Source of the DNA: Octopus vulgaris
Taxonomy: Eukaryota
Length of the DNA: 64,000 bases
Reading direction: 5' to 3'
NCBI GenBank assembly: GCA_951406725.2
Contig: OX597830.1
Span: 32,364,001 to 32,428,000, forward strand
Of the stretch, positions 12,744 to 28,475 are shown one piece after another. Below the pieces are notes generated by a model, which ran no database searches, was not told where the DNA came from, and saw only the letters and a program-made list of their open reading frames with translations. The translations under genes and the position numbers were made by a program. Numbering within the stretch: position 1 is the first letter of the stretch; each line of letters starts with the position of its first letter.

Positions 12744-12909
12744 GTATTTACAGGATTGAGGTATTTACAGGATATAGAAGCAAAAATGACCTATAAATAT
12801 TAACCAAAAGGAAGTAGATTGACACGTTTATTTTTTGAACCTGTGGAAGACACACGAGATATCGAAATATCGTTCATTTGATGACAATGGCACTCTTCTT
12901 TCTTTTTGC

Positions 12910-13030
<121 letters not shown>

Positions 13031-13379
13031 TTTTACTTTCTACTTGTTTCAATCATTAGACCGTATAGTCATGGCGGGGCACCGCCTTGAAGAAAATAAC
13101 CCAATGACTTATTTTTCTAAAGCCTGGTAGTTATTATATCGATCTCTTGCTGAACTGCTAAGATATGGGGGAATTAAACACACCACATCGAAAAAATGCT
13201 TTGTGGCATTTGTACAAGCTGTTTACATTCTGAGTTCAAACTTTTGTCCATATCCAGAAATAAAACCTCAGATGGTGATCAATCAAATTGATCAATATAA
13301 AGTTTTGGCTTAAATATTATATTAAAGAAAAGTTCGTTATCAAACCGGAGTAACTACTTCATGGCTTTTCTTTTGGTTT

Positions 13380-13695
13380 TGCGTTCGAGTTCTAATGTTG
13401 CCGAGGTCGATTTCACCTTTCATCCTTTCGTACGTACCAGTTGAGTACTGGAGTCGATGTAACCGATTTTCCCCTCCCCTCAAAATAACTGGCTTTATGC
13501 AAATATTAAAGAAAAGTTCGTTATCACACCGGAGTAACTTCTTAACGGTATTCCTTCTCGCTTCATGTCGATTTCTCCTTTCGTCCTTTCGAAGTCAATA
13601 AAATAAGAACCCGTCTAGCGCTGGGATCGATGTAATCGGTTTCCCCCTCTCCACAAAATTGCTGGCCGTGTGCCAAAATTTAGAAATAATATTAT
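13380..13695 (+). mobile_element. Two decayed SINE-B fragments
   Basis: CCGAGGTCGATTTCACCTTTCATCCTTTCG and GATCGATGTAATCG…AAAATTGCTGGCC motifs. Confidence 0.65.
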
Positions 13696-14267
13696 TCTAT
13701 TAAGATTACACATGGTAAAACGAGATCAGTCTGCAATGTATGTAAAACAATATAATTATGTCATCGTCGTCGTCATGTTGTCGTCGTCGCCATCGTTATC
13801 TTGACGTCATCGTTGTCGTTATAATTGTTACTGTCTTCTACTATTGGAAAGATCGTACCCTATTCTTTTCTATTCTGTGTTATTAACACCCACATGGAAT
13901 AAAACCTGACTTTGGGTGGCGCTAGAGAATCGAAGAAGTGGTTGCATTATCCTTCAATATGAAGCTTCCATCATGATACATCGTTATGTGAATAATTTTA
14001 AAACTAAATTCATTTAAAGCATTGGTTCGGTTCTGTTTTGTTTTTGTTTTCGTTTTTGTGCTTCTTTTGGCTATTTCTCCATTACAATTCATATGCGCGC
14101 GCGCGCGTATGTAGTGTATGTATAAGGATATATGTAAATATATCCGCATGTGTATAAATGTATATATGTGCGTGTATACACACACACGCACATATATATA
14201 TATAGAGAGATGTAAATGTGTTTATGTATGTGTACTGTATACATGCACACACAAATACATACACAGT

Positions 14268-14312
<45 letters not shown>

Positions 14313-14410
14313 GCATATACATACACATATGCCCGTAGATATACACATACTTACACACACACGAACGCACACATACTCACAGACACACACACATATATAC
14401 ACACATATAT

Positions 14411-14514
<104 letters not shown>

Positions 14515-14595
14515 GAATGTAAGTAAAAATAATATGCATGTAGACACACACTCACACAGATACTCTCTCTAACACACATACACACATACACTCTC

Positions 14596-14634
<39 letters not shown>

Positions 14635-14769
14635 TCAATTGTAATGAACAAAGTTGAAAGGCGACACCAAATATTGATATGAAAGAAGGTTAAGTATACA
14701 AAAACAAACTGTGTATATATGAGGAATGATGAGAAAGGAAGACGGGGAGAGGGGGAGGGAAACAGTAGC

Positions 14770-14803
<34 letters not shown>

Positions 14804-14890
14804 AAAGAAATATTGATTGGGTGGGGGGGTGAGAAAGTGAGAGAGAATGAATCTATATGCGTTTGTGTTTGTACATAATTACACCAATAC

Positions 14891-14954
<64 letters not shown>

Positions 14955-15866
14955 ATATAGCTACAATGTACATACACACACACATACATACACATATATA
15001 TATATGCACTCATATATACACCTATACGCATACAATTGACTGCAAATCCCCAAGGCTGTATATTTTATTCTGTCTTTCTTCCCTTTGTATTGATATTTAC
15101 ACACATTAAAGTAATTAACTTCTCAATTACACACAACACCAACACCACCGCCATCTCCTCCTCCTCCACCACCACAACCACCACCACCTCCGCCACCGCC
15201 AGTACAAACAACAACAACGACAACAACAAAAACACTACAATTATTACTTACTGCTACCACCATCACCACTCACCCACCCACCCACCTTTCATCAAATGTG
15301 GGGAGTGCTCTGCTCCTTGGTCATTCGGCATGCTGGAGATAATAGCTGAATCTCACTCAAATCTTACCCTGCTATGTTAAGAAAAAGGGAAGGACGGATA
15401 ATTCTGTCCTGAATAAGATTGGCTGTGATGTTTTCTATCATGTATTTGACCTATTGAAATAGTATCGATCTGGAAGCTAAATAACAGCAACAAAAACAAT
15501 GCTAACAGCAACTGTCTATAGCGTGGATGATATACTTAAGCATTTGACCAAAATTTTTTGGGAGAATTTGTTTAGTTCTTGTGAAGTCTCAATATCAACT
15601 GCAACCTGTATTCTGCTATTTATACTTATTGAGTCAATCACATACATATCATTGATATATTTGCATCGATTTAATTCACTAAATTCTCGCTACTGAAAGA
15701 ATTTCTACTTTGTGCCTACACTATTGTCCTCACAATAACTTCACTCACATTTGCTCTTACCAACAGTTACAATCATTACGGTGACAACTCAACGAAGAAT
15801 CTAACACTTGGTCACTTAACCTGTTAGAAACAACAGCTACAGCTTTCTCAAATCTCATCCTATTTG

Positions 15867-16026
15867 CAGGCACGGTCCCAGGAATTTTTACGAAATGAGG
15901 GCACAAGGTCAGAAGGGAATATAATTCCAGAAGAAAAGAACTTAATAACATTATTTAGAAGGGCACACTTTTTTCGTGAAGGGGGCACGTGCCCCTCAGC
16001 CACCCCTCCCCTTGGGTCCACCTCTG
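15867..16026. mobile_element. Possible MITE
   Basis: Imperfect terminal inverted repeats CAGGCACGGTCCCAGG / CTTGGGTCCACCTCTG; no clean TSD. Confidence 0.45.
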
Positions 16027-16656
16027 TATTGTCTTAATTAAGGAAAGGATGCATTACAATAACATAGTTTTATATATCCCTAAAAACAATGCATGTCATC
16101 AAGGCTAGAATGCTTGTGATCAGATAACAAAACTGATTAAGTGGATTAGCAATTGGATTATCTCCTTGGAGTTTGTATGTTTAAATCTATTGCATGCATT
16201 TCATTATGTTAGTAGGGAATTTATGTAAATCAAAGTTTCATTTCACGGTCGTTGAATATTTTAGTCTACAAGTCTGTGAACCATTTTTAATTAGTTAAGC
16301 TGACTACATGACTACTTTAGTTTCAGCAATTTCTCGTGTGTTGCTGTATAAACTCAGCGACTCGTACCCCTTTAAGCTATTATTTGGCTATTCAAAGACA
16401 CAATAAGATCAGCTTCGTCTCTTTAAGTTGTCTTTGGTAGCCATGCATAAACTGCTTGATTTTTCTTTGTCTCTGACCCATAACTAATTGTTAACCTTTG
16501 GCTCAGCCTCAACAAATTAGTATTGAATATCTTGAATCACAAGAAACTTGAAACTGAACGAGAAATAACTTCCCGACTTATTTTCTACTTGTTTAGAAAT
16601 ACTGATACTTTTTATTTTGCTGCTACTCATTATTTGCTTGAAAACATCATAAACAG

Positions 16657-16880
16657 GCACAGGCATGGTTGTAAGGTAAGAAACTTGCTTCCCAATCGTG
16701 TGGTTCCGGGTTCAGTCCCACTGCGTGGCACCTTGGGCAAGTGTCTTCTACTATAGCCTCGAGCCGACCAAAGCCTTGTGAGTGGATTCGGTAGACAGAA
16801 ACTAAAAGAAGCCCGTCGTATATATGTATATATATGTATATATATATGTGTGTATGTTTGTGTGTCTTGGTTGACAATCT
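16657..16880 (+). mobile_element. SINE family A, 5' half
   Basis: GGTTCCGGGTTCAGTCCCACTGCGTGGCACCTTGGGCAAGTGTCTTCTACTATAGCC. Confidence 0.88.
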
Positions 16881-16949
16881 TACTAGAGGTGGTGTCTTGA
16901 TAAAAATACTGGTTGGTGGTTAACCTTAAAATACATACCTCGATGTTGA

Positions 16950-18826
16950 GTGAAAATGTGTAATACAAATGTATCAAATGATGGTGTTAATGAGGCTGGA
17001 ACCAAAAGTGAAAGCCTTTTGCCTGGCTGGTGCGCAGGTCCAGTTGTCATCCAGAGATGGCTCGTACACAAAGCCAGGGGTAGGATAAGGAGGCAAACCA
17101 AACGATAATTGAATGCTGGATCAGAAGTGAACCCATTAGAAGATGATTCCGACAATGAATGAAAGCAAAATGGAATGAAATAGGACTCTTCGAAATAAGG
17201 AAGCAATGGTTAACTGACCAGGCAAGAGCAATAAGAGCAAAAGGGTGATTAACAGACATGGTAATTGAAGAGATAAAAAGGAAAGTAGAAAATAGAAATA
17301 ATACTTCAGCAACAGGTAATGTGCCCAGTGAGAAAAGAAAAGTGAAAGGCAGCAGTGAAGATGTAGAGCAAAGTGTAAATGTAAATGGATTCTCAGTAAA
17401 TGAAGCAGAAGTCATAGGAAGAGGTATAGCACAAAAATATGATGATGACCAACAAGACATAGTCAGGATGCTGTACCGATGTATTAGAGGAGACACCCAA
17501 CCTGAGGTACGTTGATTGGCGCAAGCTCAAGATTGAAACCAAAAAGATGGATTCGGTTCTTGGGCTATTCCAGACGAGAAATATAACTGAAACTAACAAG
17601 ATTGTTTGAGCTGCAACTATGGTTGCTGCAGATAGAGTTGGATACAAAAGAAGAGAACACACAGAGCATAAAGAACCATACTGGCTTAGATGAATTTGTG
17701 AGAAACAAACAAAGTTAAAAAGATAATTAGGACAAGTTGATAGATTGAGAAGAGGGGAATTGCAGAATGAAATCATAAGAATAATGCTGGAAAGAACATA
17801 TTGAATAAGAGATATAGGTTATGATGTGATATCGAAAGAACTGAAACAAAGAATAGAAGCAAAACTGGAAAGATATGACAATAGAAGAAAATAATTCAGA
17901 CAAAAACAGATTGTTTGAAGCAAATCCGAAGAAACTGTTTCAGGAACTAGATGGGAAAATACACGTAACAATGACACTAGATGCAGAGGAAAGCAAGACA
18001 TTCCAGAGAGGGATCTAGGACCAACGTGTTGAGATAATGAGGAAGTGGAGTGGCTGCATGAAATCCAAGACAGGTTAAGAAATATAGAAGTCCAAGAAGA
18101 CATAAAAATAACTACAGAAGTGATAAAAAAAAGCAGTTAAGAAAATCCCCAAATTGGAAGAACCCAAGACCAGATGGGGTCCAAGATTATTAGATGAAGA
18201 ATTTGAGAGGGCTCCATGAAAGGATAGCGCAACAGCTGGATGAGTGCTTGCAGGAAGGTGCAGTACCCAGCTGGATGACAAAGGGAAAGACATTGGTTAT
18301 GTGCCAAGGGTCCTGTAAAGGGAAATGTAGCATCCAACTTTAGACATATAACATGCCTTCCATTAATGCGGAAACTAATGTCAGATGCTTTGGCCGTTGA
18401 ACTGTACAGATACTAAGAAAAAAGTGGCTGCTACCCATTGAACAGAAAGGATGCCAAAAAAGGAGCTGGGGAACAAATAATCAGCTCTTAATTGATAATC
18501 TAATTACCAGGAACTGCAAGAGAAGACACACAAACCATGAGCATGGCATGAGTTGACTATCGCAAAGCATACAATATGATACCACTCTCCTGGATAATAA
18601 GAACAATGGAAATGTATGGAGTAGCAGAGAATATGAGAAGCCTTATATAGAATAGTATGAAATACTGGAGAACCGAATTGACAGCAGGGAGGCAAGTACT
18701 AGGAGAAGTGAAAATCAAGAGAGGAATCTTCCACTGATCAAGAGAGGAATCGTCCCCACTGATATTCATGCTGGGAATGATCCTCTTGAGTGAAATACTA
18801 CAGAAAACAAAGTTGGGGTATGATCT
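16950..18826 (+). pseudogene. Decayed R4/Dong-clade LINE, 5' region to mid reverse transcriptase
   Basis: Peptides NRLFEANPKKLFQELDG, VPSWMTKGKTLV…[57 protein letters not shown]…SPLIF…LSEILQKTKLGYDL; ends at a (GTR)n tract before the catalytic xxDD motif. Confidence 0.85.
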
Positions 18827-18859
18827 GGTGGTGGTGATGGTGGTGATAGTAGCAGCAGC

Positions 18860-18943
<84 letters not shown>

Positions 18944-19629
18944 GGTGGTGGTTGTGGTGGTGGTGGTGGTGGTGGTGGTGGTGGTGATGATGGTGGTTGT
19001 GGTGGTGGTGGTGTTGGTGTTGGTGTTGGTGGTGGTGGTGGTGGTGGTGGTGGTGGTGGTGGTAGTGGTAGTAGTAGTAGTAGTAGTAGTAGATATAATC
19101 GACATTACAATATGATCTTAATGTTTCGGTTAAACGCTTCAAGTGTTTTTGTTTTAATTGTCTTTTGGTTTTTTTTAAATTTTTGTTTTTGTTTTTTTTT
19201 TTGTCTGTAGCTGTATTTTATGGTTTCCAGTGTAAACCGTTGTGGGAGTTGCATCCCTTTACAGTAAAAAAGGATTTTGAAAAGAAATAACAATTCGGTA
19301 AAAAAAAAAAAAGGCCTTGATTAAAATAAGTGCCAGACGCAATTAGATACTGAGGTCAATCTGATTGGCTAAAACAACAAATAACAACAGACAACAGCAG
19401 CAGTAGCAGCAACAACAACAGCAATAGCAGCAACAGCAACAACAACAAAATCAACAACAGCAGCAAAAATCAACAACAACAACAACAGCAACAACAACAA
19501 CAGCAGCAAAAAACAGCAGCAACAACAACAGCAGCAGCAGCAACAACAACAACAGCAGCAGCAACAACAACAACAACAGCAAAAATCAGCAGCAGCAACA
19601 ACAACAACAACAACAGCAAAAATCAGCAG

Positions 19630-19663
<34 letters not shown>

Positions 19664-19807
19664 AACAACAGCAATATCAACAACAGCAGCAACAACAACA
19701 ACAACAACAGCAACATCAACAACAGCAGCAGCAACAACAACAACAGCATCAACAACAACAACAACAGCAACATCAACGACAGCAACAAAAAACAGCAGCA
19801 AAAACAA

Positions 19808-19839
<32 letters not shown>

Positions 19840-19965
19840 ACAACAACAACAGTAACATCAACAACAACAACAGCAACAATAAAAGCAACAGCAGCAACAA
19901 CCACAACAACAACAACAGGAAGAGCAACAGCAACAGCAGCAGCCACAGTAGCACCAACAGCAACA
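18827..19965. repeat. (GTA/GTG)n tract (18827-19092) and (CAA/CAG)n tract (19370-19965)
   Basis: Directly visible. Confidence 0.95.
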
Positions 19966-20422
19966 AAAAAAAAAAAAGCATCCCTTTGAAGGTGAGTGCA
20001 TCATGATGGCTGCAGTCTAATGATTGATTCTTATTAGTTTAAAGACAAAATAATGGAATATATGTATTATTCTGGGCCCCTACTTATATAATTGTGAGCA
20101 TACAGTGTAATTCCTGTATATCTAGTCCAATTCCGATACACATCTCATCTTTCCTTAGAATCATGCCAGCAACATACGTGCACAATATACTCGTACACGA
20201 AGCAGATTAATTGATAAAAAGGAATGAGCATCGAATGCCACCACATTCGTGTCTTTTTATATAAGTTTTTTTTTTCCCTTCTCTTTTATTTTTCCTTCTT
20301 CTTTTTTTTTTTTTGCCGGCATACACTTTTTTCTTACTATTTTACACTTTTTAGTTCTTGTTTTGTTTTTGTTTATTTTTTTTTTCATACATTCATTTTA
20401 TCTCTGGAAGCAAGCAAGGCAA

Positions 20423-20458
<36 letters not shown>

Positions 20459-20567
20459 GAATAACATATAAAAATAAAATACGTCCCCCCCCCACCAAAA
20501 AAACGTAAAGAATATATAGTTAGGAATATCTTTGTAGCATATATGAAGGAATCGTAAAAGTTGCCTC

Positions 20568-20636
<69 letters not shown>

Positions 20637-20754
20637 CATTATTATCATTATTATTATTATTATCATTATCATCATCTTCATCATCATCTTCATCATCATC
20701 ATCATTATTATTATTATCATTACTATTATTATCATTATTATTATTATTATTTTT

Positions 20755-20785
<31 letters not shown>

Positions 20786-20929
20786 TTATTATTATCATTA
20801 TTATCATTATTATCATTATTATTATTATCATCATCTTCATCATCATCATCATTATTATTATTATCATTACTATTATTATCATTATTATTATTATTATCAT
20901 TACTATTATTATCATTATTATTATTATTA

Positions 20930-21010
<81 letters not shown>

Positions 21011-21023
21011 TTATTATCATTAC

Positions 21024-21054
<31 letters not shown>

Positions 21055-21055
21055 T
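20568..21055. repeat. Long (ATT/ATC)n tract
   Basis: Directly visible. Confidence 0.95.
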
Positions 21056-21523
21056 AGGTGGTTAGTTAGTTAGGATGCCAAAAGTGATGTGTTTGAAGAA
21101 ATAGCATAGAGAGATTGGTCGAAGCATGTTTACCCAAGGGAGGTACATAAAAGTCTGTAAAGTGAGTTTGGATAGTACCGGAAGAAATGATCTTATTGGT
21201 AAATCAATAGGCTTTAATGTGTGTCTGTTAATGTGGGTGTGCATGTCTTTGTGTCATGTATATGTGTGTGTGTGTGTGTGTGTATGAGAGAGAGAGAGAG
21301 AGAGAGAGGTGTATGTATTGGTTGTCATGCTGTTAGTGTGTGTGTGTGTGTGTGTGTGTGTGAGTGAGAGAGAGAGGGTATACGTGTTGGTTGTCATGCC
21401 GTTAGAGTGTGTGTGAAAGAGAGAGAGTGTGTATATGTTGTCATTCTGTTAGTGTGTGTATGTGTGTGAGAGAGAGAGAGAGAGTGTGTGAGAAGGTGTA
21501 AGTGTTGTCACTCCATTAGTGTA

Positions 21524-21563
<40 letters not shown>

Positions 21564-21599
21564 GGCATATGTGTTGTTACTCCTTTACTCTGTGTGTGT

Positions 21600-21638
<39 letters not shown>

Positions 21639-21955
21639 TCGCTTTGCGAAAGTCTGCCCGGTATTCTGTTCTTATTTTAATGTTTGTGTGTATATGTATG
21701 TGCGAATGTGTATTTGTACACACTTAACTATTTTGCTTCAGTGAATGTATATATGTGTGTATGTACGTATGTATGTATGTATGTATGTATGTATGTATGT
21801 ATGTATGTATGTATGTATGTATGTATGTATGTATGTATGTATGTATGTACATATATGTACATATATATGTGGGTGTACATATAAATATATATACACACAA
21901 ATGGAGGAAAATTTGGGTATGTGTACAGTTTACATGTATCACTTCAGTCTGTGTG

Positions 21956-21998
<43 letters not shown>

Positions 21999-22339
21999 GT
22001 GTGTGCATGCATGTATGTTCCTAAAGAATCAAGACTATAGATTTGTATGAGGATTTATTTCTCTCACATTCCATAATGGATTGCTTATGTGTATATTTTG
22101 GCATAAAATTACCCTATTCATAGCTTGAAAATTTACCATAAAACTCACATGTTCTTAGGGTTTCGTTCTCTCATTAACACTGCCACCTCATCAGCCTGCC
22201 TTCTTCACTTGGGAAACCTTGGTTTGCCGGTAAACCTCAACAAGACTCAATGTATGTTACTTGTAGCATTTAATTAACTTCTCTGGTGTGGAGCGAGAAC
22301 ATCTTCAAAGTCTCAAACTTCCAAGAAGTGAAGGTATAA

Positions 22340-23034
<695 letters not shown>

Positions 23035-23890
23035 GTGAAGTTATAACTTTATTTTTTATCACTCTCATTGTTATAATGTAATATAGATTTGTATAAAAAT
23101 TTATTCGACTATAATCCTTCAAAGTGATGTGCTAGCATGGCCGCAGTCTGATGACTGAAAGACGTAAAAGATAAACGATGAAAGTACGATGGTTAAGAGG
23201 ATTATGATGGTTGTAATGTTGTTGTTGCTATTGATGATGATGATGATGATGATAATGAGGAGGAGGAGGAGGAGCAGCAGCAGCAGGAGGAGCAAGGGAG
23301 GAGCAGGGGTAGGAGCAGGAGATAAAAGAGGAAATGGAGGAGACGAAAGAGGAGGAGGGGGAAGAAGAAGAGGAAAAGATGGTTATATTGCTGTTGCTGA
23401 TGGTGGTGGTGATGATGATAAGGATGAGGATGGTGATGAGAAGGAAGTGGAGGATGGCAATGATAATGTAGATGATGATCCTCATCATCATGATCATGAT
23501 AGTAGTGGTGGTAGTAGTGATGATGATGATGATGATAACGATGGAAGCGATGATGATGATGGCAATGATAATTTTCCGTTGCCTAGATACGAGACAATAT
23601 TTTATTATGACAGGGAATATAATTAATTGAGTCATCTCCAGAATCCTGTTTCTTGTCTAATTAATTAATTGTTGTTGTTGCTATTGTTGTTGATATTTAG
23701 CCCCAGGCCAGCTGTACTCGATGGTCATGACTTGTGACAGTCACGGTCAGAATATCCATGCCCATCAAGTCATTTGGTATTTCATGTATTAGGTTGTTTG
23801 AAAGTTTTTTCTTAATTTTTTAATCTAAAATGATAGAAATTGAGATAAATGTGAGTTAGCTGCTATTTCTAGGAAGTCTAGGACAGAGAG

Positions 23891-23925
<35 letters not shown>

Positions 23926-24221
23926 ACAGGCTATGCTGTTATCGCAGACATGTGGTTCAATTCCTGCAGGCGATGTTACAAATTTTACTATCGTTTTTCT
24001 ATATTACGAAATGCACGATATAATTCTTCAATGCTTTGCGGTCTGAGCTCTCCGTTAATTGGCCATTGGCACGAGGAATTCTGGCCTCTAAGGTTAAGGC
24101 TTCTTAATTTCGAAGGTTGAAGTTGTGTAGCCGTTAACAAGCCTAGATGGCTTGTAGCAGACATCATGTTCCTTTCCTATACGCGATGTTACTGTTTCTT
24201 TCTATCTTCTTCTATATTACC

Positions 24222-24268
<47 letters not shown>

Positions 24269-24438
24269 CACACACACACACAGATAGATAGATACATACA
24301 TATTATGAGTGTGTGTGTGTGTATATGTATATGTCCATGCGCAAGGGCATCCAGAAAGTTATGTAAAAGTGACATAACTTATTTATCAACTGTTACTTTA
24401 ATACTGCATATTTCGGTGACTCAACTCTTCTTCACTAC

Positions 24439-24600
24439 CAGTGGCTCTTTACCAGGGTGTATGTGACCATTGGGTGCCCATATAAGATTTTGCTCTTAAA
24501 ATTAATCTGCAATAAATTGACTATATGGATGGGAAGGTGCAGTGCACACCTGAATATTTTCAAAAAAGGGTTCGTGAGTAAGGCTCATCAAAGAACAGGA
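24439..24600. mobile_element. hAT/Charlie-like MITE fragment
   Basis: Begins CAGTGGCTCTTTACCAGGG; reverse-complement similarity to 42270-42355. Confidence 0.5.
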
Positions 24601-24939
24601 ACAAGAACTACTCTAGGGAAATAGTTACTCTTCCAACACGGGCAATGTGAACCAGCTATGCCAGTTAATAAAAGTGATGGCCACTTTGAATTGCTTTCAG
24701 GATAGCCATAGTATAAAAAAGGAGGAATTAAAACTTCTGAGTTGCATTCCTTGCTTTTATTATTTTCATATTTAACAAAAAATTAAGGATTGAAGAAATC
24801 CCCTTCCATCACTGCGAGGGTAATTTTAATTCAATGAAGATGTGTAGTTTACTGGAAAACATAGATTCTGAAGATAAGTGGTGCCAGAAAACGTCACCGT
24901 ACACTCCACTATTTGTAGCTTCACTTAGAGTTAAAAAAA

Positions 24940-25260
24940 AGACTCCGCCGGTTACGACGACGAGGGTCCCAGCTGATACGATCAACGGAACAGCTTGCTC
25001 GTGAAATTAACGTGCAAATGGCTGAGCATTCCACAGACACGTGTACCCTTAACGTAGTTCTCGGGGATAATCAGCGTGACACAGAGAGTGACAAGGCTGA
25101 CCCTTTGAAATACAAGTACAACTCATTTTTGCCAGCTGAGTGGACTGGAGCAACGTGAAATAAAGTGTCTTGCTCAAGGACACAACGCGTCGCCGGGAAT
25201 CGAACTCACAACCTTACGATCATGAGCCGAATGCCCTAACCACTAAGCCACGCGCCCTCA
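24940..25260 (-). mobile_element. tRNA-derived CORE-type SINE (family C)
   Basis: A box TGGCTTAGTGG, B box GAGTTCGATTC, then CORE-like TGTGTCCTTGAGCAAGACACTTTA…CCACTCAGCTGGCAAAAATGAG; more copies at 32095-32335 and 33010-33505. Confidence 0.85.
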
Positions 25261-25477
25261 CTATCACTTAGAGTAGAATAATAAACACACACACACACAC
25301 ACAATAAACACACATGCTCGTGTTCATACATACGCACACATCAATATATTTATATACATACACACACTTATATATATTTAGAGAGAGAGAGAGAGAGAGT
25401 ATACATACACACACACATATATGCGACAGGCTTCTACACATACATACATACATACGCACACACACACAAAACATATA

Positions 25478-25522
<45 letters not shown>

Positions 25523-25994
25523 ACACTGTGCTTTAAGTATTGATTTTTTGCTTCTCCTTTTGGAGATTCCAGTGGCGAAATTGTTTTTAATTTGAGAAAT
25601 TTTTGTTTTTGTTTCATTATTTACTCCGATTTTTGTTGTTTTTTTTTGCTTGATTTATTTTTCTTAATATTGATTTGAAGAATGTTAATGTTAAATTAAT
25701 TAATATAAGGTTGTTAATGTTATGTAATAAATTGTATTGAGTAACACGGTTACTTTTCTCTTATGAAGTTTCTGCATGTGATGGTGGTATTGGGGGCAGG
25801 CAATCGATATAATAACAGCCAAGAGTCAGGAGGAGGGGGGCGAGGAGGCGGAGGAATATAGGCAAAATGTCTAAAAGAACAATTTAGAAAAACAGATGTA
25901 AATACCCCCCCACACACATACACACATACGCGTCTGTACATATATATATATATATATGTTTATATATATATATGTATGTATGTATGTATGTATC

Positions 25995-26320
25995 TTCTTT
26001 TATTCTTTTGACTGTGACCAAGCTGCAGCAGTGCCTTAGGGTTTTTTCTTTTAGTCAAAGAAATCAACCCCGGGACTTGCTCTTCGGAAGCCTAGTACTT
26101 ATTCTAGCAATCCCTTTTGCTTAACTGCCTAGTTACGAGGAGATAAGCACACCAACATCAGTTGTCAAGCGATAGTGTGGGGACATAAGCTCAAAGACCT
26201 CGCACACACACACGCACACACATATGCGATGTGCTTCTTTCAGTTTCCGTTTAGCAAAGCCACTCACAAAGTTTTGGTCATCTACCCAAGGTGCCATGCA
26301 GTGGGACAGAACCATTTCCA
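25995..26320 (-). mobile_element. SINE family A (diverged)
   Basis: Reverse complement of the A tail and body. Confidence 0.75.
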
Positions 26321-26399
26321 AGTAAGTTTATTTTATATATATATATATGTGTGTGCGTGTGTGTGTGTATTCATATATTAACAGTTTAGATATATATAG

Positions 26400-26660
26400 A
26401 GAGGTGATAGCGTATGGCCTAGTGGTTAGGGTGTTGTATGCAGGATCTTGGTTTCAATTCCTGGACTGTGTGGCGCATTGTGTTCTTGAGCAAAACACTT
26501 ACCTCATGTTGCTCTGTGATCACTTTGACACCTGATGAATGGGACAGCGTGCACCTGTTCAGGTAACGTCATTTGATGGTGGCATGAGCTAATGTACATT
26601 GCATACATTTGATCACTAAAAACAAATCATTTGTGCAGATCATTCGACAGAAGAGCACAT
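26400..26660 (+). mobile_element. SINE family D
   Basis: TGGCCTAGTGGTTAGGGTGTTG head; TGTGTTCTTGAGCAAAACAC; matches 5545-5792. Confidence 0.72.
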
Positions 26661-26794
26661 CACACACACACACATATATATATGTATATATATATATATA
26701 TATACACACATGTAAATAATATATAAATATATGCATACATACATACATACATATATGTAGATACCTATATATATATATGTATATACACATGCAT

Positions 26795-27190
26795 ATATGA
26801 GTACAGGATATCAATAAAACGTTGAACACCATGAGAAACGAAAACATAAAAACAAAAACATAGAAAACGAAATTTTGTTCCAACAACGAAAAAAAAAACA
26901 AACAGAGAAAGGAGATATGCAACACAAAGAATATTCCCCTTCAACAGTTGTCCCTGTTTCATCTCCTCCACGTTTTCGAATGTAAGGACAATATGTGACT
27001 TCATTGAAACAGTCCTTCCCGCAAAGCAAATTAAATAAAATTGGGGGATTTTTATGGAGGATGAAAGTGGTATCAAGAACTGGACAGTGAGAACAAAACA
27101 CTAAAAACAAATGGTGAGGGCTGTTAAGCCAAGACGATAGAAACATTATTATGAACGCTAGGAGGATAAGCTATGAGAGGAGACAGGTAT
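26795..27190. repeat. Unclassified interspersed repeat between TA-rich microsatellites
   Basis: 26798-26985 is similar to 40938-41113 (GTACAGGA…ATGAGAAACGAAAACATAAA…CTGTTTCATCT…TTTCGAA). Confidence 0.65.
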
Positions 27191-27226
27191 AAACATGTCT
27201 TTTCTTTATATATATATGTATATATA

Positions 27227-27462
27227 CAGGGCAGCCCAAAAGTAGGTTTACAGTTATTCAACTATCTCTTTCGCATTCATATATTAACAGTTTATATCTT
27301 AATTATAAAAGAATATGAAACCATTATTCTATGGTAATTTAGTTAATTTTGTCAAGCTCCCTTTTCAGTTTGTAAGATAGAAATTTCAATGTAATAAAAT
27401 GTTTTTAAAAGTAATTTATAGTGCCTATGTAATAACTGTAAACCTTTGTTTGGGCCACCCTG
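27227..27462. mobile_element. Tc1/mariner-type MITE (236 bp)
   Basis: TIRs CAGGGCAGCCCAAAAGTAGGTTTACAGTT / AACTGTAAACCTTTGTTTGGGCCACCCTG with TA on both sides. Confidence 0.8.
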
Positions 27463-27530
27463 TATATGTATGTGTGTGTGTGTGTGTGTGTGTATACACA
27501 CACATATATATACATACATACATGCATATG

Positions 27531-27583
<53 letters not shown>

Positions 27584-27954
27584 TCATTTATTTATTTATA
27601 TATGTATATACATATATACATATATATATATATGTGTGTGTGTGTGTCAATGGATATAAATTGATTTGACAAGTAATTAACATTGACTACAATTGTTTCA
27701 CTTCACACGCAATTTGAATTAAAAAACGTAATAAGTTTGCATTATGAGTATCCTGGGTGGAAGATCTACAGGGTAAGATGGCCATTACAGAGTTTACATT
27801 TTGATCAGTTGAAATACTCCAACAGACTAAGCAGATGAAAGCATGTTTATTGTATGTGTGTTTGTGTGTGTATGTGTATACACATGTGTGCCCATTTGTT
27901 TAATATTCTTGTTTTTATCTAAATACAATAATAATAATAACGAAAAACAAAGTG

Positions 27955-28135
27955 TGTGTTAGCCACAACACATATTTCTTTTTCTCTCCTTGTTTCTTTC
28001 TGTGTCCCTTTCTGTGGAAGAGCGTAGGCTCGAAATGTAAAAGACTTTTTCAATTCCTAAGCGTTATACTAATACAACTGTTTGTTTTCTACACCACCTG
28101 TCTCCGTCTTTTGCTTTATTCATGAATTCTCCCTA
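27955..28135 (+). mobile_element. Family P3 repeat
   Basis: CTTTCTGTGGAAGAGCGTAGGCTCGAAATGTAAAAG; ends in (TA)n. Confidence 0.7.
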
Positions 28136-28425
28136 TATATACATATATGTGTGTGTGTGCGTGTGTGTGTGTATATGTATATATGTATGTATATGTATAT
28201 GAAATTTGACTATACATATACAAAAAATAGGCAGATAAACACACACATACATATGCATACATCTCTGTGTTTAAATGCATTTGTGTGTATGAAGGTGATG
28301 TCAGTATTGAACGTTTAAACAATCCTGTAGGTTCTTTTAAAGACATCGTCATTAGCATCATCACCACCATCATCATCACCATCATCACCATCATCAATCA
28401 TCATCTCCATCACCATCGTCATCGT

Positions 28426-28475
<50 letters not shown>

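Noticed and set aside
19370-19965. Poly-glutamine coding exon
   Set aside because: Irregular indels in the CAA/CAG tract, no flanking coding sequence, and similar tracts are ubiquitous here
22105-22200. Minus-strand CTGATGA…GAAACCCTA
   Set aside because: Stem II and stem I cannot be drawn convincingly
23189-23626. Acidic/Gly-rich 145-aa ORF
   Set aside because: Degenerate GAT/GAG/GGT repeats with no domain or splice evidence
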